A program made the translations under genes and the position numbers. The notes under the pieces were generated by a model. That model was not told the DNA's origin. It worked only from the letters and a program-made list of their open reading frames with translations, and made no database searches. From positions 73,841,931 to 73,905,930 of the forward strand of contig NC_057718.1 of assembly GCF_004010195.1 (NCBI RefSeq): DNA of 64,000 nucleotides, read 5' to 3'. Positions within the stretch are counted from its first letter, which is position 1. Each line of letters begins with the position of its first letter. The DNA comes from Chiloscyllium plagiosum. Taxonomy: Eukaryota. Below, one piece after another: positions 24,337-37,032 of this stretch.

Positions 24337-25239
24337 GTAAGGTGGCTCAACTGACAGGCAGGGATTTGGGGAGCATTAGCCGGCATCGCATCTATCTACC
24401 TGGCTTTGCTGGCATGGAGTAACATGTGAGTAGGTATTGTTCCTGTTTGTAACTCGGGGTGGGAGCGGTCTGGTGCCGTGCCCGAAAATCGAGCGGTGTC
24501 AGTGAGTCCGTGGGCCGCAGGCAGAGCCGGAGTCTCAGTCTGGGTGGATGTGGGCCCGAGGCCTCGAGAGTGAGACATCTGCCGTGCTGTTTCAGCAGAG
24601 TGTGTAATCTGCAAATGGAGAGGGTGGGGATGTTAGTAGTTCCAGGATTAGTAGCATTAGAGATGCCGGAGTATGGCCTTTGTCTGTGTCACATGGCTGC
24701 GGGAAAGCTGGAACCGGCTGGTAGGCGACAGCACTGGGGTTCACTTCCTTTTCCCCATCTCTGCGACCATCACTGCGACCTGACCTTTCCCTCCGGGACC
24801 CTAACTGCTTTGGCGGGGTGGCGATGGTGAAGGAACGATCTGCTTTCCTACACCAATCATTGGATTGGTTGTATAGTTAAGTTAGCCGGCACCTCCCGCT
24901 GTTGCTGCATCCCAGATATGTATTGGTGAACGAATACTCGCTGTCGTGCACCATTAAAGGAGGCGGGAAGGCATGTTTTATTGTCTGTCATTCATCCTTG
25001 AAAATGAGTACTGATGCAAGCCCGCTGTCTGGAATGGGAACTATGACTAAAGCTGAGATCATTATAGACGGATCTGGCAATATGATTCCCAGCCGGCCCG
25101 GTTATGTCTGGTCCTTTTCCGCCCCAAAAGACTGAATAATAGTAGTGCTGTCAGTTTAGGGCTATTAATTTCTAAAACATTACCGCCCCTGTTTCTGCTT
25201 TTATTTATGTGTACACGTGTACAGATGTCCACTGAAGAA

Positions 25240-25387
25240 ATGGCTACCGAGCATATGAATGGAAATGGTACGGAAGAGCCGATGGATACTTCCACTACCG
25301 TTGTTCGATCAGAACACTATCAAACTTTACTAAGTGCTGGTTTACCAAAGAAAGTTGCGGACAAGCTAGATGAAATGTATTTAGCAG
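25240..25387 (+). CDS. SYNCRIP: SYNCRIP exon 2 (coding start; exon begins 25225 with an in-frame ATG)
   Basis: MATEHMNGNGTEEPMDTSTTVVRSEHYQTLLSAGLPKKVADKLDEMYLA-G; acceptor acag|25225, donor G|gtatgg. Confidence 0.95.
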
Positions 25388-26255
25388 GTATGGTTGCAAA
25401 TTGTATGAGTACTCTGTACTAAAACTCATCGATTTAAGTTACCTATTTCAATTTGACATGCATTCTCATGTCCATTTTTGTGATTGTACAATTTCAATTC
25501 AGTAAAAATGGGCTATATCAGTGAAAGGACATTAAATATTGCTGCATTTGCATGGATTACAGGAGCTAGCTTGGACTGACTCTTCCTGCAAGTGATCATC
25601 TATTCATAGACAAAGGATATATGCAAGAATAAGGTGACTAGATCAGTAAAATAGCCATCTTTTTTATGGAGTTGATATCATCTAGAGCCAGATTTCACAT
25701 AGCGATCAAAATGGATACTTTTCTTGAGCTGTTGAAATTCACCATATGATCTTGCAGGCACTGACATTATCTGGTGTGACACTAAGCCATTACAGAGCAG
25801 AAAGATCATGATTTGCTTCATTTTGAGTTGGTTCATTTCAGCTAGAGCCCCCTGAGTTATAACTTCAAGCTCTTAAATCACACCAGAAAAGAAAGAACTA
25901 TAGCTCCTGTTCTTATTGCTGTTCTGGCAGTTTTGTTACTTACTCTGAAGATGTTAAGAAAGTGTACCATGTAATATTTTTTGCAATCTTGAAGTCCCAA
26001 TGTGCTTCATAGACAACAAAATACTTTTGTACTGTGTCACTGTTGAAGTGTAGACAGATTTGAACCTATCAGTTTCTTCCAATAACAAGAAACTTATTAT
26101 TGCATGATTTGTTTTAACAATACTAATTGAGATTAAAATTGGCCAGGAGAATGTCTGCTGTTCAACCAGTTCATGGGATCATCAACACCTACTGAGGACT
26201 TATTTCTGATGGGTTAGTTCTCTGACGCAGCTTGGATTTGCTGCTCAATTCTCAT

Positions 26256-26379
26256 AGGCAAAAGTGAGGACTGCGGATGCTGGAAACCAGAGTTCTATTC
26301 CTGATGAAGGGCTTTTGCCCGAAATGTCGATTTTCCTGCTTCTCGTCTACTGCCTGACCTATGGTTTTCCAGCACCATT
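26256..26379. mobile_element. Short PLE-terminal element (family A) in SYNCRIP intron 2, hammerhead-like motif in sense orientation
   Basis: CTGATGA-A-GGGC(TTTT)GCCC-GAAA-TGTC at 26301-26328; 15-bp direct repeat ctgctc(a/t)attctcat (26241-26255, 26380-26394). Confidence 0.75.
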
Positions 26380-27459
26380 CTGCTCTATTCTCATGTTCAC
26401 ATTTTTAACAGCAGTATTTTGTGTAGGAGTTGTAAATTATTTTCATCTTGCTAACGCTACTTCATAAAGCTTAAATGCAGAAGTTCCCTTTCCTTTCATC
26501 TTTGAATATTATAAGCCTGTTGCTTTGCTTGAAGGAAAGTTTGAAGAAATATTCCCTTTGAATCTTCAGCTATAGGTTATTCTGATATTGATGGGCAATG
26601 TTTTTCCCCACCACTCTGCTTGAGAAGCTGCCTAGGCTAATGGCTGGATATTGGAATTCCCTGAAATTTCTTGAAATTACCTATCTCTGTTCTGCCTTTG
26701 TTCTCTTCTGCTGAAACTTATCACTGCTGATTAGCCCGCTCCACCCCAAACTTCTGTTGGCTTCCATGTTAGTTGATATTATGAAGTGTTCTATCCCTCA
26801 TTGGTTGTCACTCCTACTTGAAATCTCCACCATCACCCATTCTTAAAACTGAACTCCACTGCCCTTGCAATCTTCATCCCATCTCCAAGCTGCCTTTCTT
26901 ATCAATTGCCTTTAGATGTGTTGCTACTTCCCAAATCTATTTTATTTCTCAATCTTTTGCTTGAATCCTTCCAGTCAGGTTTCTGTTCATAAAATAGTTC
27001 CACAATGGCTCATACTGAAGTCGCAAGATGATTTCTGTGTAACTGTGAAGAAGTTTAAACTTTATCTTCATTGTCCTGACCTATAGTTTTTTTGTACAGT
27101 TGGCTACGCTGCTTCCACTGTCATTCTGTTATGTGGGACTTGCTTACATGTTGAATCACTCGCAATATCTTTTTGCTCCTGCACCATAACCTCTACCGTC
27201 CCCCTAGGATCTAGCTTTGGCCCCCCTCATTTCTCATCTGCATACTGCTCTTCAACATCACCATTTGAAGATGCAGGGTAAGTTTTCACATGCAGGTTGG
27301 TGGCATCCAGCTCACCATCACTTCTCTTGGCTCTTCCAGTGCTGAATTATCAGACAGGTTATGCAATGTCTTAGTACTGGATGTAAACAACAGCTCCAGT
27401 TCTAAATGGGCAGACTGCAGTTGTCTTTGGACTCCACTCCAAACTTCAATCTACTCATT

Positions 27460-28055
27460 TTATAGAGGTTTATAAAATTGAGAGTTTAGATCCCTATCCC
27501 TAGTGGAATCCAAAACTAGAGGGCATAAGTTTAAAATGAAAGGCGAAAGTTTATTTTTAAAAGGGGACCTAAGGGGCATCTTTTTCATGCAGAGGGTGGT
27601 GTGTGTATGGAATGAGGTGGCGTAGTTGCAACATTTCAAAGGCATCTGGCTGGGTACATGAATTGGATGGATTTAGAGAGATATAGGACTACATTAATTT
27701 AAAGTATTTGGTCGGCATGGACAATTTGGATGAAAGGGTATACAGAGGAATCTCAATTATCCAGCATTTGATTATCTAGTACATGCTAAATTGCCTGTAG
27801 TGTTAGGTAAGAAGGGGTAAATGTAGGGGTATGGGTGGGTTGCGCTTCGGCGGGTCGGTGTGGACATGTTGGGCTGAAGGGCCTGTTTCCACACTAAGTA
27901 ATCTAATCTAATCTATCTGGCAAGATTGCAAGGTCCTGATGCTCTGCTAAACTGTTAGCTGGCATTCAATTATCTGGAATTTGATTAACTGAATGAGATA
28001 CTCCCCACCCTTATCAGTCGGAGAATCGAGGTTCCTCTGTATTTCCGTGCTGTAA
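27460..28055 (+). mobile_element. CR1-like 3' end containing a nested MITE and SINE
   Basis: atagaggtttataaaat...ctagagggcataagtttaa...gagggtggtgtgtgtatggaatgag; tail resumes tttccgtgctgta after the MITE. Confidence 0.75.
27743..28039. mobile_element. Tc1/mariner (Tigger-like) MITE with an internal HE1 SINE fragment (~27780-27915)
   Basis: TIRs cagaggaatctc / gaggttcctctg flanked by TA. Confidence 0.7.
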
Positions 28056-28691
28056 GCTCTGGCTCACCATGACAATGCTCTGCAATTGTACGGGTCTGTT
28101 TGTGACTTTGATGTTATGCTTGATCCTATGAATCATTTGCAATCACAGTTTGGGGGGGAGGGGGGAGTCTTAATTGCACAATCTCCATACAATCAGCTGA
28201 CATTGTTGTAGTTTGAGCCTATTCCTGAAGCTTTGACATATTTGTCCTCTACTTGCCTAATTTCTGATTGGTGTCCTACATTGTACTCTATCTCAACTTG
28301 AGGCATCCAAGACTATCATAACTTGTACGACACCTGGTTTGCTGATATGTTTTGACTCTCGGTTTAGCAATATCTTGAGGTTGAAATGCTGATCTAGCTT
28401 CTTTGGATTTGTCCATCCCTATTTCTGTGATCTTCTCCATCCCTACACTCCTCTCATGCATGTGCTCCTCTAATTCTGGCATCAGTATGTTCTTAGTTAA
28501 AACTGCTGCACCAGTGGTGGTGATGCTTTCTGCTTAGGTCTCGAGCTCTGAAATTCCCTCTATGCCTTTCCACTTTACCTTATTTCCCATCTTTTAGGAG
28601 ACTTGAAAGTTTAACCCAGCCTTTTTGTCAATAAGCTAATACAACCTGACACAGCTCAGTGTCATGTTTCTGGTTTATAAATGTTTGTGTA

Positions 28692-28897
28692 TAGTCGGTT
28701 CTGCTATAATGCAGTAGTTCTGTTCTCGTGCAACCATGTGTTCTAAGAAAATGCGTTAATAGCAGCACTACTTAAACTAATGGGGCCAGAGTTACATTAT
28801 AACCAAAACATGCTTTAAAAGTTCGCGCTATAGAAAGTGTCAATCGTGTTATAGTGAATTCACTTTAACGAAATGCATGGCATAGCAGAACAACCTA
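28692..28897. mobile_element. Tc1/mariner (Tigger-like) MITE
   Basis: Imperfect TIRs tagtcggttctgctat / atagcagaacaaccta flanked by TA. Confidence 0.65.
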
Positions 28898-29936
28898 TAA
28901 TGTAATGCCTTGCAGCCATTTCATACTTGAAAGACACTATGTAAATTTAAATTATATTTAAATTGCATTCTAGTCTATAATACCTCTAGTACATGTAGAC
29001 AATGTGTCCCAGCTCCATTCAACAAGATCATGGCTAATCATTTGCACTCGCTGTTCTGCCTCTACCCTATAAACCTTGACTCCACTATATTCTGAAAACG
29101 AATGTTTTCAGAAATCTTGAATTTGTTAAATGACCTAACCTCAGCTGTCTGGGAAAGAAAGTTCCAATGATTCACATCCCTCTGAAAAAAATTCCTCCCC
29201 TTCACCATCTTAAATTGACCAACCCCTTATCCTGAAACTATCATTCCATGTTCTAAATTTCTCCAGGTAGAAACATTCTTTCAACAGCTGTCCTGTTGTT
29301 TTACTGAGATTGAATCTGATTCATCTAAAGTTTAGGTCCAGTCCATCTCTGAACTGTTTCTAATGCAGCTATTCCCCTTAAGTGACCAAAACTCAACACT
29401 GTACCCTTTGTGTTGGTTTCAGTAACGTCCCTGTATGATTGCAACAGGACTGTATTTTTATGTTCCTCTCCCTTGCAATAAAGGCCAGCATTTCATTTGT
29501 CTTCCTAAATATTTGATTGCTAACTTTTTCAGGAGCCCTGTATTCCGTTTTTAATTCATTTTAAATAACATCTTGCTTTTTTTTAATCCTTTAAGCTGAT
29601 GTAAATGTGAGCTTTACAAAAATTGTTAACTTAGATCAGTTAAAGTTCAGTTAAAGTACAGTCATTGGCTGAAGTACATCAAAATCCTTTTCTATCTGAG
29701 CAGAGAGAGAATTTTATTCTGGTATTTGTCATTGGTGCAATAAAACTGAGGATAGTGTGTATTGAATTTGGGGTTCCTATGCCATTTTGTGAGTTGAGAT
29801 TATTTTCACCTTAAATATTTGAAAGGATCCTATCTCAAGTACCATTTCTAATTTATTTAAATTTTAAACTGTTCGATTTCTTTGTATTGCTGAAAAGTTT
29901 TGTTAATTGATGCTTGCTTGGATTTTTTTTTTGTAG

Positions 29937-30055
29937 GTTTAGTTTCTCATAGTGATTTAGACGAGAGAGCAATTGATGCATTGAGGGAATTCAATGAAGA
30001 GGGTGCGTTGTCAGTACTACAACAGTTTAAGGAAAGTGATCTTTCCCATGTTCAG
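29937..30055 (+). CDS. SYNCRIP: SYNCRIP exon 3
   Basis: (G)LVSHSDLDERAIDALREFNEEGALSVLQQFKESDLSHVQ; tgtag| ... |gtaag. Confidence 0.97.
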
Positions 30056-32557
30056 GTAAGAATTGTTATGTTTATTCAAAGTGCAATATTGTATGCAGAT
30101 TATGATAATGTGCCATCTAAATTATATATCAGATGCTGTTGAGTTTGAAGTGCCATTAACAATCAGATGCTTAAATAGATCAACTTGCTGCAACTTGAAG
30201 TGCGGTATATTACTTATTAGTTTTATTTATCCTGTTTATAAATTCATAGTTGGTCATCTCGTTTTATCTAAAACAGTAGCTTTAAGACAGTGACCTTAAT
30301 AGCATGAATGCCATTCTTGAAGTTCGTATTTACCATAGTATTTTCATTCCTTTTTTAATTGTATAAGTAGGAAATGGTGTGTAAATGTACTGTCTCATCT
30401 GTGTATAGTTCAATAAGTTTAATATCAAAATTAAACATCAGTTGAATCTACTTTATTCTAAACCATGGTGAATTAACAGCTATGCCAATGAGACACTTCA
30501 TATATCTCTTGCAAATCTTATTATTTTATTTTAATTGAATTTCATGTTCCATTGTTTGATTCATCCTTACATGTGAGAAAACAGTTTCTCATTCAGTGGA
30601 ATTAATCAATTCCTTAGCTTAATTTAAATGTAATTTATACCAGAAATGAGGAGAAATCATTGACTTCATTGTGACACATCATTTTAAATGGGACAGAGGT
30701 ATTCAGTCAGGAGGGAGTTGCTCTGGGAATCCTCAACACTGTGGACCGTACGAAACATTAACATAGATTAGGGAGTCTCCTGCCAGCAACCATACTTAAC
30801 CCCCCCCCCCCAAAGCTTGGACATCAAGGTCACATTTGGTGTAGTGCCCCATCAGATTGCAATGACCTTGAGTCATTGGGGTTTAGAGAGCAAATTCTCT
30901 CTTTGGAGTCACTCCTTGCATGAGGGATTGTCATCAGTCATCTCATCTTCAAGTCATCTCATCTTCAGGACATCTCTGTAGGAGTTCTTTGGAGTGAGTC
31001 CTAGGCCCAGCCATCTTTTATTCAATGACCTTTCCACCAAAAGGTCATAAATGATTGTGCAGTAATCAGGTTTGGGCTGGCAAGTGGCAAATAACATTCA
31101 GATCACAAGTGTCAGGTAGTGACTACCTCCAAGAAAAGATAGCCATTGTCCCATGACATTCAAAGGCACACCCATCACTGAATTTCTTACTATTAACATC
31201 TTAAGGGTTAGCATAACCCAAAACTGAACTAGACTGGCAATATAAATAAATAGGCTAGGAATCGTGGAGCGAGTAACTCCTGACACTCAAGTCTATCCAC
31301 CTTCAAGACACAGGTCAGAAGTGTTTTGGAATATTTTTCACTTGCTTGATAAGTACACTTAAACAAGCTTGACACAATCCTGGGCAAAGCAGGATTGGCA
31401 CTTGTTCACTCCCTCTTCCACTGGTGCTTAGTAAGAGTAATATGTGCCATGTATATGATACACTGCAGGAATTCACCAAGAGACTTTGCACAGCATCTTC
31501 CAAACCCGTAACTGCATCTCTCGCAAAGGACAAGGACCACAGGCAAATTCTCCCCACCGCTCAGTATTCCTGATTTAGAAATACATCATTATTCTTCGTT
31601 GTCATTGGGTCAAAATTCTGGGGCTTCCTCCCAAATGGTATTTTGGATACACCTACACCAAACGTATAGCAGTGGTCCACAAAGGTAGCTTACTGCTAAA
31701 GGTAGCACTGTTCAATATAGTTCCATTTGAATTGGGGTGAGTCAGTGGGGCATTGACCTTTTTTTTGAGAGATTTAATTCCTGCATGCTGACCTGTAGGT
31801 GGCTGCACACGCGCGCACACCTCAATCACCACCGCAGTCCCCAACTTTGTGGCCAAACTCACCCCGACCCCATCCACGACACGTTCGCTGTGCCGAGGGT
31901 GGCAGTCTTTTTCAAGATTGATTCATTCAAACCAAAGCTTGAAGCGTTACTTCAAAGTTGCTGCTCTTCAATCAGACCTTATAGTGAGGCTTCGGGGAGT
32001 AGCAGAAGCGCTTTTACTTTTAAGAACGTATTGTAAATCCCCAGTATCCTTAAACCATTAGGGCTGTTGTTTTAACAGCATTGACTTTAGCTTTGGATTG
32101 AACTTTGAACACCAGCTTTTGGTCTTGAGCAGAAACTGAAGTCCTATTTTTGAAAAAAAAAAGGTAGAAGTGGGTTGGGTAAGCTTTCGCAACTCTCCAG
32201 GGAGTGGGGGCAGGCTACAGTTTGGAGTCTGGGCTGGGTCATTGTGATCAGGAGGTTCAGGGAACAGAAGTTTCTGTAAACAGGATTGCTAACATGCAGA
32301 AGGCACCTGTATTGTAAGTAGCCAAATAAGTTTGTTTTTTGGCTGGCAGGGAACCTATTTCACTTACCAATGTAGCAATCAAAAATATCTCCAGTTGTAG
32401 GGTGCATTGATTTAACATTATTATTTTCTGAGGAATGTCCTATGGAATCTCACTGCATTTTTAATATTGTTTGTATGGAATAAATGTTTTGCTTACAGTT
32501 GTAATTTTCAGGAATGCAGTCACAGCTTTGTGAAGGCTTATGTTTCTTTCTATATAG

Positions 32558-32665
32558 AATAAAAGTGCCTTTCTATGTGGAGTAATGAAGACTTACAGAC
32601 AGAGGGAAAAGCAAGGATCTAAAGTAACAGATGCTAATAAAGGTCCAGATGAGACAAAAATTAAG
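32558..32665 (+). CDS. SYNCRIP: SYNCRIP exon 4
   Basis: NKSAFLCGVMKTYRQREKQGSKVTDANKGPDETKIK; tatag| ... |gtaaaa. Confidence 0.97.
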
Positions 32666-33304
32666 GTAAAATGCTAATACTGAGGCAATAGCTCTTGTTA
32701 TCTGACATTTTTATAATGTTTTTGCTTAAGTTAGAGGAAAAGTCTCCAACAGCGAGGTACAACCCATGAACAGGCTGTTTTGCTCCACTGTTTGCTGTGA
32801 TCATGATGCTATTCTAAACTAAACCAACTGTCTGCGCATGGTCCGTATCCCTGTATTCCTCGCTGTTCAGTGTCTGTCTAAATGCCTCTTAAACATTAGT
32901 ATCTTATCTGGGGATGGAGAGCGGGAAGAAACTTGACTCAGCACGTTTTCTTTATATTTCACCCTTCTCACCTTAAGCGTGTGCCCCCTAATATTTGCTG
33001 TTTTCATCTGGGGAAATGGCTAGTCTGTCCACTTCATGTCCCTCGATTCTTGTATACAACTTCCAAGTTTCCCCTCAGTCTCTGACATTCTAGCAAAAAC
33101 AATCCAGCGTCTCGCAGCCAATCCACTACAATTCAGGCAACATCCTAGTAAGCCTCTTTTGCACCCTTTCCAAAGCCTTCCTAAAATGTTGTGCGCAGTT
33201 CTGTTAGCAATGTTCTAAGTGTGAACTAACTAAAGTTTTCTACAGCTGCAATATGGTGTGCTAACTTTTACATTCAATGTTCTAACTGATCTATTGGTCA
33301 CCTT

Positions 33305-33600
33305 GGGTGGCACATTGGTTAGCACTGCTGCCTCACAGCGCCAGAGACCCGGGTTCAATTCCCGCCTCAGGCAACTGACTGTGTGGAGTATGCACGTTCT
33401 CCCCGTGTCTGCGTGAGTTTCCTCCGGGTGCTCCGGTTTCCTCCCACAGTCCAAAGATGTGCAGGGTCAGGTGAATTGGCCATGCTAGTGTTAGGTAAGG
33501 GGTAAATGTAGGGGTATGGGTGGTTTGCTCTTCGGTGGGTCGGTGTGGACTTGTTGGGCCGAAGGGCCTGTTTCTAATGTAATCTTAAAAAAAAATCTAA
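33305..33600 (+). mobile_element. HE1-like V-SINE inside a - strand CR1 remnant
   Basis: A/B boxes, V-domain, gggccgaagggcctgttt tail. Confidence 0.85.
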
Positions 33601-33769
33601 AACCATGTCCATGTGTGTTGCCACTTTCAGGGAGCTACGGACTTGCACCACAAGATTCCTCCATGTCAGTGCTCCTAAGGGTCCTGCTGGTTTACCTTTC
33701 ACTTGTCCAGGTTAAACTTCCATCTGTCCTTTCTCCATCCAAGTTTCCAGCCATTGTATATCCAGCTGT

Positions 33770-35420
33770 ATCATAGAACATAGAACTGTGCAGCATAGGA
33801 ATGGCCCCTTCGGCCCACAGTGTTGTGCTGAACATGATGCCTAATTAAACTAATCCCTTCTGCCTGCCCTTGGTCCATATCCCTCCATTCCTTGCAGTCT
33901 TTTTCAAGATTGATTCATTCAAACCAATGCTTGGAGCATTACTGTTGGTCAGAGTCCCAATAGTTCCCATGTACTTCAAGATAAACATGTGCATGTCTTA
34001 AAGTATCTCTACCACCATCCCTGGAAGTGTGTGCCACACACGTACTACTGTTTCTTTAAAAAAACAGTAATACCTTTAAAATTTACAGCATCCTGGTAAC
34101 CTCTTCTGCATTCTCTCCAGAGCCTCCACACCCATTAATGTGCTGACTAGAATTGAATGCAATACTCTGTGTGGCCTAAGCAGAGCCTTATAAAACTACA
34201 ACATTATATCCCGACTTTTGTACTCAGTTCCTCGACCAATAAAGGCAAGCATGCCAAATGCTGCCTTTACCACACTACCTACTTATGTGGCCACGTTCAG
34301 GGAGCTATGAACTTCAATCCCGAGATCCCTGTGTATGTCAATGCTGTTCAGGGTCCTAACATTAACTGATACTTTTCCTTCGCATTTGATCTCCCAAAAT
34401 GCAGCACCTCACATTTACATGAATTAAACTCCATCTGCAATTTCTCTGCCCATACCTGCAAATGATCTATATCTTGCTTTTTCCTTTGACCACCTTCTAC
34501 ACTATCCACAACTCCACCGATCATTGTATCGTCTGCAAACTTATTAACTTGCCCGTCTACGTTTTCATCCAAATCATCTATAAATAACACAAACAACAGA
34601 GGTCCAAGTACAGATTTCTGTGGAACGCCACTAGTCACAGACCTCTAGCCTGAAAAGCAACCTTCTACCACTACCCTTTCCCTTCTATGGGCAAGCCAGT
34701 TCTGAATCAGTGTGACCAAATCACCATGAATCCCATGCATCTTAATCTTCTAGATGAGGCCAACATGAGGAACTTTGTTGAAAACCTTAATAAAATCCAT
34801 GTAGATAACATTCACTACTGAACCCTCATTGACCACCTTTGTCACCTCCTTGGAAAATTCAATCAATTTAGTAAAACGTGACCTACCCTGCACAAAGCCA
34901 TGCTGACTGTCCCAAATTAGGCTGTACTTTTCCAAATGCGTGTGAATCCTATCTTAAGAATTCTCTCCAATAGCTTCCCTAGCACCAATGTAACACCAGT
35001 TTCTAATTTCCTGGATTATCTCTATTTCCCTTTTTGAATAGAGGAGCAACTTTAGTTAATCGCCAGTCCTCTGGGACCCCTTTAGTGGCTAATGAGGATA
35101 CAAAGATCATGGTTAAGGTCCAAACAATTTCCTTTGCCTCTCTCAGTAACCTTGGGTAGATCCTAAAGGGACCTGGGGACTTAATCCACCTTGATGCTCT
35201 TCAAGAGACTTCTTTCCGATCTCAAAATACTGTGTTGTATTAGCATTGTCCACACAATCTTCTGTGTCTTTCTGGGTGAATACTGATGCTAAGTACTTAA
35301 GTGAGATCTCACCCACATTTCCTGCCTCCAAACATAAGTTCGTTTCTTTATCCTTGAGTGGTCCTACCTTCTTCCTAATTATTCTCTTGCATGTAAAGAA
35401 TGCCTTGGTGTTCCTCATGG
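33770..35420 (-). mobile_element. CR1-like LINE (RT and 3' end)
   Basis: SQHGFVQGRS, YMDFIKVFNKVPH, TSGVPQKSVLGPLLF, KFADDT, MEFN..KCEVLHFG. Confidence 0.9.
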
Positions 35421-35850
35421 GCCTTTTGACAATCTTCCTCTCTATTCACAACTCTTGTGTTGTCTGCAAACTTACCAATCAGACTACTACATTTTCTTTC
35501 AAAATATGTATATACAGACAAACAAAAGCTCCCAGCACTGATTATTAACACTACTGATCACAGACCCCCAGTAAGAAAAATAGCCCTCCAGAACTACTAC
35601 TACTACTCTTTTCGGTGACCAAACCAACTGTATGTCAGAAACAAAATCAGAAATGGCTGGTAAAACTCAGCAGTCTTGCAGCATCTATGGAGAGAAAGCA
35701 GTGTTAATGTTATTATACATTTTTGATTTTGATCTATATTTTGATTAACCTTCCTCACTAATCACTCTGCCACCATTTTTTGTTTTGCCTAACTCTTTCC
35801 AATTGAACTGTTTGCCTTTTTATCCAAATAATTTGTGATACCTATATTAT

Positions 35851-36285
35851 AAAGTTTGTGAGAAGATTTGTAGCTCGGGTGCTCATTGTTGTGGTTGTGT
35901 TCGCTGAGCTGGGAATTTGTGTTGCAGACGTTTCGTCCCCTGTCTAGGTGACATCCTTAGTGCTTGGGAGCCTCTTGTGAAGCGCTTCTGTGATGTTTCC
36001 TCCGGCATTTATAGTGGTTTGCCTCTGCCGCTTCCAGTTGTCAGTTCCAACTGTCCGTTGCAGTGGTCAGTAAATTGGGTCCAGGTCGATGGGCTTATTG
36101 ATTGAATCTGTGGATGAGTGCCATGCCTCTAGGAATTCCCTGGCTGTTCTCTGTTTAGCTTGTCCTATAATAGAAGTGTTGTCCCAGTCAAACTCATGTT
36201 GCTTGTCATGAGTTACCAACTAGCCACGAAACGACACGACCAGCTATCCTTAGTAGCCACACACGCAGATGACAAGCAACATGAA
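35851..36285 (-). mobile_element. PLE 3' end (family C) with internal inversion and degenerate hammerhead
   Basis: aaagtttgtgagaagatttgtagctc terminus shared with 38400 and 60492; inversion at ~36210 (tcatgttgcttgtca / tgacaagcaacatga). Confidence 0.75.
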
Positions 36286-36344
36286 TAAGAAAATTGATTC
36301 TAGCTGCAATATGGATTCACAGATACTAATAGTTCTTACTCATT

Positions 36345-37032
36345 TGAGGGGGTGTTGCTGGAGTACAGGTTCATAGCTCCTTGACAGTAGAATCATAGGT
36401 AGATAGGATAGTGAAGAAGGTGTTTGGTATGCTTTCCTTTATTGATCAGAGCATTGAGTACAGGAGTTGGGAGGTCATATTGTGGCTGTTAGGCCTCTTT
36501 TGGAATATTGCGTGCAATTCTGGTCTCCTTCCTATCGGCAGGTTGTGAAACTTGAAAGGGTTCAGAAACGGTTTACAAGGATGTTGCCAGGGTTGGAGGA
36601 TTTGAGCCGTAGAGAGAGGTTGAATAGACTGGGATGGTTTTCCCTGGAGTGTTGGAGGCTGAGGGGTAACCTTAGAGGTTTGTAAAAACAGGGGCACGGA
36701 TAGGATAAATGAGACATATCTTTTCCCTGGGATGGGAGAGTCCAGAACCAGATGGCATAGGTTTAAGGTGAGAGGGGAAAGATATAAGAGACCTAAGGGG
36801 CAACCTTTTCACGCAGAGGGTGGTATGTATATGGAATGAGCTGCCAGAGGAAGTGGTGGAGGCTAGTACAATTGCAACAGTTTAAAAGGCAACTGGATGG
36901 GTTTATGAATAAGAAGGGTTTGGATGGATATGGGCTGGGTGCTGACAAATAGGACTAGATTGTGTTGGAATATGATCGGCATGGACGAGTTGGACCGAGG
37001 AGTCTGTTTCTGTGCTGTACATCTGACTCTGA
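36345..37032 (+). mobile_element. CR1/HER1-like LINE 3' end
   Basis: VRPLLEYCVQFWSPSY..LERVQKRFTRMLPGL; typical 3' UTR. Confidence 0.9.
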
